Part shown: positions 36,870-42,645 of the stretch, piece after piece
How positions within the stretch are numbered: position 1 is the stretch's first letter
Layout of the letters: every line of letters begins with the position of its first letter
Assembly: GCA_964435605.1 (NCBI GenBank)
Contig: CAYTAN010000002.1
Coordinates: 1-42,645 of the forward strand
Source of the DNA: an uncultured Dehalococcoidia bacterium
GTDB lineage: Bacteria; Chloroflexota; Dehalococcoidia; Lucifugimonadales; UBA826
Direction: 5' to 3'
Length of the DNA: 42,645 nt
Position numbers and translations under genes: made by a program
The notes under the pieces: generated by a model
What the model saw: the letters and a program-made list of their open reading frames with translations, nothing else
Told to the model about the DNA's origin: nothing
Databases searched by the model: none

Positions 36870-37271
36870 TTAAGTTCTATGCTCAGCGAAAACAAATTTT
36901 TTGTCCAACCTATATTTTAAATAATAACCGATGGACAATCCTATGATTGCCCCAATATATCGAAGTGCCTTTGTATCAAAGAGATAATCAAAACTAAACT
37001 CAAACCCCCAAAAAACTATAGTAGTTCCCAACCCCATTAATGAATATAACAAAAAAGTTCTTGTGGTATGAATTTTATTGGCTGCATGGAAGTTAAAAAT
37101 GAATCTCTTGTCTAGAATGTATTTAACCAATAGCCCTATAATGGTTCCAATAGCGACGGAGTATGATAGGGAGTTTGTACCTTGATATACGGTGATAAAC
37201 GCCTCTTGACTTCCTATGTTTGTAACCATGGCGATGATAGCGAATAGTATGTATTTAAATATGGTTTCCAT
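36870..37271 (-). CDS. GtrA-family membrane protein
   Basis: Four-TM small protein with FILDKRFIFN and YRLDKKFVF signatures. Its stop abuts the DprE1-like ATG. Start taken at ATG 37271 (METIFKY); the track ORF extends to 37361 and would overlap the divergent UbiA gene. Confidence 0.72.
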   Translation of the reverse strand: METIFKYILFAIIAMVTNIGSQEAFITVYQGTNSLSYSVAIGTIIGLLVKYILDKRFIFNFHAANKIHTTRTFLLYSLMGLGTTIVFWGFEFSFDYLFDTKALRYIGAIIGLSIGYYLKYRLDKKFVFAEHRT

Positions 37272-37319
37272 AGTAATTAGATTACCTCTTCCAGGAAACT
37301 TACTTAGGGAGCCAGTATA

Positions 37320-38204
37320 TTGTTGAATCATACCCTGGGGACCACTAGGGATCTTATCCACCTCTTAAGGCCCAAACAGTGGGTAAAGAATATATTTGTC
37401 CTAGCCCCCCTTTTGTTTTCCGGGGAATTTGTGGATTTATACTCAGTTGTTGACGCTGTCTGGGCAGTCATTTTTTTCTGCTTAGCAGCATCAGCGGTCT
37501 ATATCATCAATGATTATTATGATATCGAGTCAGATCAGCGCCATCCCATCAAATCTAGGACAAGACCGTTAGCGTCGGGTGCCGTTAGCAGATTGCAGGC
37601 GGTAGGATTGCTGGCATTTATAGTTGTTGGATTGGTCATCGGCTATTTTATAGTCTCTAAAGTCATGGTAATTATAGCCATTTACATTTTACTGAATTGC
37701 GTATACACACTGGTGTTGAAGAACATTGCTGTTATAGATATATTTTGTATCTCAGTTGGGTTTGTGTTGCGGGTCTATGCTGGCGCTGTTGCATTGTCAG
37801 TTCCCGTATCACCTTGGATGTTTGTGACTACATTGTGTTTGGCTTTGTTTTTAGGAAGCGTAAAAAGGAGGCAAGAACTCCGCCACCATGGAAAGGAAGG
37901 TCGGCAAGTTTTGGATTCTTATTCACTTACTTTAGTAGATAAATACGCCATGATTTCTTCTATGGGTGCCTTGTTTTTCTATAGCTTATTCGTTATCACA
38001 GAGAAAACTGAGATGGTGGTATCGGTTCCCGTGGTTATTTATGGATTGTTTCGCTATTGGTATTTAGCCGAATTTATGAACGACGGTGAGTCCCCGGCGG
38101 ATACGTTGCTTTCAGATTGGCAATTAATTTTAACTGTGTTGGGATGGTTGGCTGTTTGTATTGTCTGCTTGTGGCCCAGTGGGTGGAACTTTCAGTGGTG
38201 GTGA
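37320..38204 (+). CDS. UbiA-family polyprenyl-phosphate phosphoribosyltransferase (Rv3806c-like)
   Basis: LRPKQWVKNIFVLAPLLFSG and NDYYDIESDQRHPIKSRTRPLASG (Asp-rich motif 1). TTG is the only canonical start in frame. Confidence 0.8.
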   Translation: MLNHTLGTTRDLIHLLRPKQWVKNIFVLAPLLFSGEFVDLYSVVDAVWAVIFFCLAASAVYIINDYYDIESDQRHPIKSRTRPLASGAVSRLQAVGLLAFIVVGLVIGYFIVSKVMVIIAIYILLNCVYTLVLKNIAVIDIFCISVGFVLRVYAGAVALSVPVSPWMFVTTLCLALFLGSVKRRQELRHHGKEGRQVLDSYSLTLVDKYAMISSMGALFFYSLFVITEKTEMVVSVPVVIYGLFRYWYLAEFMNDGESPADTLLSDWQLILTVLGWLAVCIVCLWPSGWNFQWW

Positions 38205-38331
38205 TGTGCTTTTGGGATGATTTTTAGCCAGCGGCCGAAAATAATTAGTGTCGCTCTTTTTTTTGTAAAATTGTGCCTAGGAAGCCCAGCATTTAAAAAA
38301 TTGAATAGTCGAGGACTGATTTTAGGTCCGA

Positions 38332-39729
38332 CTACGTGGATTTAAGGACGATAACTATAGCGCTTCCCTCTGAACTATTGTGAATGTTTATTTCACTTTT
38401 GCCAGATATTGATATGTGCTCATTTCTTTTAATTGACTGGATCGACTCATCGGTGGAAATAGTGACTTCTCCCAGCAAGATCAGGCAGTTCAATGTGTCT
38501 ATGTGTTCTCTCGGGATTAAGACTTCTTGGTTTCGGTTAATAATCAATTTCTGAATGGTATAGTCGCTTTCCTTCTCTAATGTAACCAAGGTGCCCCAGG
38601 AGAATTGTTTTTCCTTGTGTTCGCGTACGGTGGGATCGTTTTCCGTGTCCAATTGTGAGTAAATTTCCCGTACACCTTGTACTTCATCTTTATCGGAGAT
38701 TAATAGTGCGTCGTGTGTATCTACAACAATAAGATTTTTCAGACCAATTATTCCAACTGTTCTATTTTCACTGATCACGGTGGTGTCATGAGAGTTTTTC
38801 TGGATAATTCGACCTCTCAACCTGTTGTTATCGGCGTCCGGTTTAGCAAGGTCGCCCAGGGTTTTCCAGTCGCCTATATCACTCCATCCGATGTTTGCGT
38901 GAATGACTGAAGCCTTTCTAGTTTTTTCCATGACCGCATAATCGAAAGAAATATTGTCAACAAGTCGGAATGAATCTGGGTCTAAAAACATTTCATAACG
39001 TGAGTCTAAATTATTGTTTTTTGATATATCTACACAATGGGCTGTCATATCAAGCAAGTCCGGGCAGTGTACATTCATTTCATTTATTACGCCTTCAGCT
39101 GTGAAGCAAAACATTCCTGAATTCCACAGATACCGCCCAGAGTTCAAGTATTCCTTTGCTTGATCGAGAGACGGTTTTTCGACAAATTTCACTATCGAAT
39201 TTTTCTTATATTCAATGTATCCATAACCAGTTTCCGGTGAATGTGGAGGGATCCCAAAGGCAACCAGATTGCCTTTAGATGCGAGTTTTTCAGCTTGCCG
39301 AACGGATTCTTGGAAATTCGACAGATTGTCGATTAAATGGTCAGCAGCGAGGATCAACATATTTGTTTCACCTGAGTGCTCTTTTGAAATGTATGAGGCT
39401 GCTGCTGCTATCGCTGGAGCTGTGTTGCGTCCAAAAGGTTCCAATATAAAACTGGTTTTGATGTTTTCACTATTAATACTGTCATATTCATCAAGAATTC
39501 TAGATAGCAGTCTAGAGTTGCATATTGTCAAAATTTCATTACCCTGGCAAAGTGAAGAAGCCCTAAGGAATGCTTTTTGTAGGAGGCTTTGGTCGTCATC
39601 TAGTTTAATAAATGGTTTAGGCAGATCCGATCTTGACATGGGCCACAGTCGTGAACCCGCACCGCCGCAGAGTATAGTCGGAATTACACTGGCTCTTTGG
39701 GATGAGCACGGTTGACTGTCAGATTCCAC
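38332..39729 (-). CDS. manC: Mannose-1-phosphate guanylyltransferase (type II PMI/GMP architecture; C-terminal cupin looks degenerate)
   Basis: ILCGGAGSRLWPMSR and EPFGRNTAPAIA. The C-terminal FSWGTLVTL...VLIPREHIDTLNC lacks the His cluster (QMHHHRAEHW in classical enzymes, recalled from memory). GTG start. Confidence 0.85.
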   Translation of the reverse strand: MESDSQPCSSQRASVIPTILCGGAGSRLWPMSRSDLPKPFIKLDDDQSLLQKAFLRASSLCQGNEILTICNSRLLSRILDEYDSINSENIKTSFILEPFGRNTAPAIAAAASYISKEHSGETNMLILAADHLIDNLSNFQESVRQAEKLASKGNLVAFGIPPHSPETGYGYIEYKKNSIVKFVEKPSLDQAKEYLNSGRYLWNSGMFCFTAEGVINEMNVHCPDLLDMTAHCVDISKNNNLDSRYEMFLDPDSFRLVDNISFDYAVMEKTRKASVIHANIGWSDIGDWKTLGDLAKPDADNNRLRGRIIQKNSHDTTVISENRTVGIIGLKNLIVVDTHDALLISDKDEVQGVREIYSQLDTENDPTVREHKEKQFSWGTLVTLEKESDYTIQKLIINRNQEVLIPREHIDTLNCLILLGEVTISTDESIQSIKRNEHISISGKSEINIHNSSEGSAIVIVLKST

Positions 39730-39807
39730 TATTGATGCCTAGACCATTGGAAACAGTGTCTGCGATCAAAGCAGAGATTTTCTTGTAGGTTAGGTGGTAA
39801 GTCATGC

Positions 39808-39897
39808 TGGCGGAGGGTGTGGGATTCGAACCCACGATACCCGTGAAGGTATGCCAGTTTTCAAGACTGGTGCATTCGTCCACTCTGCCAACCCTCC
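39808..39897 (-). tRNA. tRNA-Ser (anticodon UGA), class II with long variable arm, CCA encoded
   Basis: Hand-folded from the reverse complement. Acceptor GGAGGGT/ACCCTCC; D arm GCA-GAGTGGACGAA-TGC. Anticodon arm CCAGT-CTTGAAA-ACTGG; variable arm ATACC-TTCACG-GGTAT. T arm GTGGG-TTCGAAT-CCCAC; discriminator G followed by CCA. Confidence 0.93.
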
Positions 39898-40002
39898 TCT
39901 ATGTGATGAACTCAAAAGCAAATCATCTGTCGGACAATACTCATTTTATTAGTTTATGTGGTGAGTCAGCAATATCTGCTTCCCAATGAAATTTCGTTTC
40001 CT

Positions 40003-40785
40003 TCAAACGAAAGGCCATGGAACGTCTCTATTGGGATCCAAAATAGGTATGGTAGGATCATTCAGCATGGCATTGATCCTACTCGTTAAGGCTTCAATTT
40101 CTATCTCGGAAGTTAGAGATAGCATTTCTTCGTAAAATTCATTTCTTTCGTCAATTGATCTTTTTAAGGAGTCTAAGCTTTTCATCAAAACAGGGCTGAT
40201 TTTTTTGCCACAATACTCCAGCATGACTGTTCTCAGCTTGAATGTGTGATGGAAGGTAAGACCGTGGTCAATGGACCATATGGTTCCATGTTGATCGACG
40301 AGGCAGTGCCCCCCCTTGCGATCAGCATTGTTCGCTAGGAGGTCGAAAGCGGCAATCGGTGCGAGTTCTTCCTTTAATGTATCACGCATTTCAAAGTAAG
40401 TAATTCTGGGATCACAATCGATATAGAGCTGTACAGATCCTATACCATAGGGCCCATCTCTTATAATCGTTAATGGTACGTTGGGCCAGCCTAGTTCTTT
40501 ACTTAGCACATAAGTCGCTCTTTCCCGTTTATACAGTGTGCCGCTTGGAAAGTCATGCAGCGGGCGTTCACCGTCACGGGGTTTGTAAATTGCTCTTATG
40601 CATTTACCGTCCTCTACTGACAACCAAATCATAAAGGTGTAGTTAGAGCCCCAGGGCATGGTGTGGCCGCCTATAAACTCACCGTTCACCAGTATATCGT
40701 TTGCCATTTTTTCTGTAGGCTCAATGATTTCCGCTTCAGGAGAGGGGAAATAATCTCGAGGATCTTTATTTTCTAGTGAAGACAT
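40003..40785 (-). CDS. SCO1664-family protein (PI3/PI4-kinase-like fold, function unknown)
   Basis: GSNYTFMIWL, IYKPRDGERPLHDFP, FDLLANNADRKGGHCL, and IDHGLTFH (kinase-like catalytic and DxG-type motifs). Start set at ATG 40785; the track ORF start at 40896 would overlap the DUF3090 gene by 65 nt. Confidence 0.75.
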   Translation of the reverse strand: MSSLENKDPRDYFPSPEAEIIEPTEKMANDILVNGEFIGGHTMPWGSNYTFMIWLSVEDGKCIRAIYKPRDGERPLHDFPSGTLYKRERATYVLSKELGWPNVPLTIIRDGPYGIGSVQLYIDCDPRITYFEMRDTLKEELAPIAAFDLLANNADRKGGHCLVDQHGTIWSIDHGLTFHHTFKLRTVMLEYCGKKISPVLMKSLDSLKRSIDERNEFYEEMLSLTSEIEIEALTSRINAMLNDPTIPILDPNRDVPWPFV

Positions 40786-40831
40786 ATTAGACCCAAAGTT
40801 TGCATAATATCTGTCGTATTTTCGCCCGTGT

Positions 40832-41350
40832 TTAGAGAAGGTCTTGTGGGTTCTTTGAGTGGCCATTCTGCCTTGGGCATGAGTGTCCCGTAGCATCCAT
40901 TGGGCGTGAACAAAGTGGGCAGTTTGGCCGGCCAGAAGCCACTATTTCAAGACCAATGTTTGCGAATTCAGCGATTAGTTCTCTAGGTAACCAGACTCTT
41001 ATCGAAGGCTCATCATTGTCGTCTTCAGGATCGTGGGCATCTACTATGAACATTCCCGTATTAGGGTTGTGCCCAAATGCCAATCTGGTAGCCTTGAATT
41101 CTAAGTTTGTTAACCCTTGAGCTTCTAGATGCGTCGGAGGATCATCCAGTGCAGTGCTACTTTCGGTGGTTTCTTTAGATAGCTGGACCATGGCCATACA
41201 CAATTCTGCTAGTTGTTCCTTTTCTAGCCAGACTTTTGCATTACTGCTTCCGCTGTCGACGTTAAAACGAAATGTTCTCATGCCCGGCTCTCCGAAGGTT
41301 TCGGGCAAGAATTTACTTACTTGTGTGAATTCATTTAAAGGTCCGGCCAT
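40832..41350 (-). CDS. DUF3090-family protein (function unknown)
   Basis: FGEPGMRTFRF, the acidic middle region, and the C-terminal motif GRPNCPLCSRPMDATGHSCPRQNGH typical of the family. Confidence 0.8.
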   Translation of the reverse strand: MAGPLNEFTQVSKFLPETFGEPGMRTFRFNVDSGSSNAKVWLEKEQLAELCMAMVQLSKETTESSTALDDPPTHLEAQGLTNLEFKATRLAFGHNPNTGMFIVDAHDPEDDNDEPSIRVWLPRELIAEFANIGLEIVASGRPNCPLCSRPMDATGHSCPRQNGHSKNPQDLL

Positions 41351-41433
41351 CTATCCACCTTAAAATTCGCGAAATGAATTTGTTAGAAACTGCTTAAGGA
41401 ATTACGGTTCATACAGGGTAATGGTAGAGGGAA

Positions 41434-41452
41434 CTCTTGCGGCAGGCAAGAG
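41434..41452. other. Perfect 7-bp/5-nt-loop hairpin (CTCTTGC-GGCAG-GCAAGAG) in the divergent DUF3090/rpsU intergenic region
   Basis: Read directly. No U-tract follows on either strand, so it does not look like an intrinsic terminator. Confidence 0.5.
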
Positions 41453-41498
41453 TAGAACTGACCTGTTCTTCGACCTGTCTGTACCGATGTTTTAGCTA

Positions 41499-41507
41499 TG
41501 ATATAAT
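41499..41507 (+). promoter_or_regulatory. Candidate extended -10 promoter (TGaTATAAT) for rpsU
   Basis: TGATATAAT read directly, 94 nt upstream of the rpsU TTG start. The -35 element is weak (CTGTAC). Confidence 0.35.
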
Positions 41508-41521
41508 TGGCCCCTGAAAAT

Positions 41522-41553
41522 TTTATTTGGGTTCAACTCTTTATTTGGGTTCA
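41522..41553 (+). repeat. Tandem 14-nt direct repeat TTTATTTGGGTTCA x2 (period 18) in the rpsU leader
   Basis: Copies at 41522-41535 and 41540-41553 are identical, read directly. Confidence 0.6.
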
Positions 41554-41600
41554 GCTGATTGCTGCCCGATTTGGATTGTTTAAATAGCTAGGAGTTAGTA

Positions 41601-41792
41601 TTGGCTTACGTTACCTTGAGAGACGGAGAAGAAGGAGAAATTCTTCTTAAAAGATTCCAAACTCAAATGCAGAGGTCTGGAATATTAAGGGAATTGCGTA
41701 ATAGAAGATTTTTCCGATCTAAAGGGGAACAAATAAGATTGGATAAACAACGAAGCCTGAGGAGATTGAGGCGTAGGCGCGTTAAGCGATAG
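41601..41792 (+). CDS. rpsU: 30S ribosomal protein S21
   Basis: 63-aa basic protein: VTLRDGEEGEILLKRFQTQMQRSGILRELRNRRFFRSKGE...RRLRRRR. TTG start with AGGAG 6 nt upstream. Confidence 0.88.
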   Translation: MAYVTLRDGEEGEILLKRFQTQMQRSGILRELRNRRFFRSKGEQIRLDKQRSLRRLRRRRVKR

Positions 41793-41858
41793 CCGTAGTT
41801 TCGTCGGATTTTTCGGTTTAAATATCGTCTATAAAATCACCCGATTAAGGTGTCTCAA

Positions 41859-42645
41859 ATGAGTGTACTTTACGTGATGTCGGAAGCCAATGGTGCCGGT
41901 AAAACCATGATCTGTGCGTCTCTGGCTGCCAATTTGAAACAGGATGGGCACGAGGTTTTTGTTTCAAAGGTCCATGGGGATGTGGTTGGTGACATCAGTA
42001 GGTACAAAGATAAATTTTCTTTGAACGTTCAACTGCCTCAGTCAGATGCACCTGAGGATGTCAAGGAATTCATAAGTACGCACCAAACTAAATCGGCTGT
42101 TACGCTTGTAGAGGCTTCATCTGAAATTTCCACCGATGAGCAAATCGAATTTCTTTCTGACCTCGACGTTTCCGTTGTAATAGTTGCCACTGTAGATGAA
42201 GTCGAACAAGTGATTTCCACATCAAAAACTTTAGGGGACAAACTGAAAGGTGTGATCATAAATTCTGTTTCTCAATACCTTGGTACTCATGTCTCTGATG
42301 TGGTTGCTCCAGCATATAAAGAAGAAGGTATCACTGTTCTGGGAGTCATACCCGAGGAAAGAAAATTGCTTTCTTTAAGTGTAAGTCAGATAGCAGATAG
42401 ACTTAATGGAAGATTCTTTTCAGATAATGGCGACAGGGAAAAACTGGTGGAAAGTTTTATGGTGGGCGGGTTTGGAATGGATCCGGGTCAATATTCTTTC
42501 AGCACGAGGAATAATAAGGCTGTGATTGTCAGAGGTGATAGACCTGATGTTCAAATGTCGGCTTTGCAGACTGATATGAATGCTTTCATTATGACTCGGG
42601 GATTGGAACCAATTGAATACGTTCAGTATGAATCAGCGGAAGAGG
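41859..42645 (+). CDS. Phosphotransacetylase N-terminal-like protein (BioD/CobQ-like P-loop + DRTGG domain), 3' partial
   Basis: I translated this by hand because it is absent from the ORF track (open to the window end). Sequence: MSVLYVMSEANGAGKTMICASLAANL..., VIPEERKLLSLSVSQIADRLNG, VIVRGDRPDVQMSALQT (DRTGG-type). Confidence 0.65.
   Translation, partial: MSVLYVMSEANGAGKTMICASLAANLKQDGHEVFVSKVHGDVVGDISRYKDKFSLNVQLPQSDAPEDVKEFISTHQTKSAVTLVEASSEISTDEQIEFLSDLDVSVVIVATVDEVEQVISTSKTLGDKLKGVIINSVSQYLGTHVSDVVAPAYKEEGITVLGVIPEERKLLSLSVSQIADRLNGRFFSDNGDREKLVESFMVGGFGMDPGQYSFSTRNNKAVIVRGDRPDVQMSALQTDMNAFIMTRGLEPIEYVQYESAEE

Noticed and set aside
37272-37361. N-terminal extension of the GtrA ORF (start at 37361)
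   Set aside because: It would overlap the divergent UbiA gene start. The first 30 residues are non-hydrophobic and unlike GtrA N-termini. METIFKY at 37271 begins directly at TM1.
39808-39897. Possibility that the long-variable-arm tRNA is tRNA-Sec, which would support the selenoprotein call
   Set aside because: The anticodon loop reads CUUGAAA, so the anticodon is UGA (decoding UCA, Ser) and not UCA. The acceptor and T stems are the normal 7/5 bp. This is an ordinary class II tRNA-Ser.
39804-39989. 61-aa plus-strand ORF (MLAEGVGFEPTIP...)
   Set aside because: It is the antisense translation of the tRNA-Ser gene. GFEPT is the classic T-arm artefact.
40786-40896. N-terminal extension of the SCO1664-family ORF (start at 40896)
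   Set aside because: It would overlap the upstream DUF3090 gene by 65 nt. The extra 37 residues are basic, low-complexity sequence. ATG 40785 leaves a family-typical N-terminus. The start remains uncertain.

Overview
Dense, mostly housekeeping chromosomal window with about 46 protein genes, one tRNA and no rRNA, CRISPR array or obvious mobile element. Gene content suggests a marine Chloroflexota (SAR202-like) or related Terrabacteria genome: a DUF3090/SCO1664 pair, an RRM RNA-binding protein, and many enolase, amidohydrolase and MFS paralogues. This taxonomic call is inference only.

Gene order:
- moaA (3' part) and an RNase HI-MoaC fusion
- enolase-superfamily dehydratase, RRM protein, amidohydrolase, GYD protein
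- an AhpD-like gene interrupted by one in-frame TGA, an HTH protein, DHA2 MFS pump 1
- pentapeptide-repeat protein, nucleoside hydrolase, pth, MFS pump 2, methyltransferase, trpB
- a four-gene His/Cys-rich membrane and lipoprotein module, then MFS pump 3
- Zn-ribbon protein, opine-dehydrogenase-family protein, purF-purN-purM-purH, GT2, pncA-pncB
- minus strand: tilS, histidine phosphatase, CNNM/CorC, recX-recA, sucD-sucC, and a DprE2/DprE1/GtrA operon
- a divergent plus-strand UbiA-type phosphoribosyltransferase
- minus strand: manC, tRNA-Ser(UGA), and the SCO1664-family plus DUF3090 pair
- plus strand: rpsU and a partial Pta-N/DRTGG gene

Most notable:
1. The AhpD-like gene (5145-5678) has its TGA exactly at the second Cys of the CxxC redox motif, and a SECIS-like hairpin follows directly. 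It is probably a selenoprotein that the ORF track splits into two ORFs.
2. An uncharacterised four-gene His-rich, cupredoxin-like and poly-Cys membrane module lies at 13722-17142.
3. RNase HI is fused in frame to MoaC.
4. The DUF3090/SCO1664 pair has no known function.
5. A polyprenyl-phospho-arabinose-type cluster is present.

All family calls rest on motifs read by eye. No database search was run.
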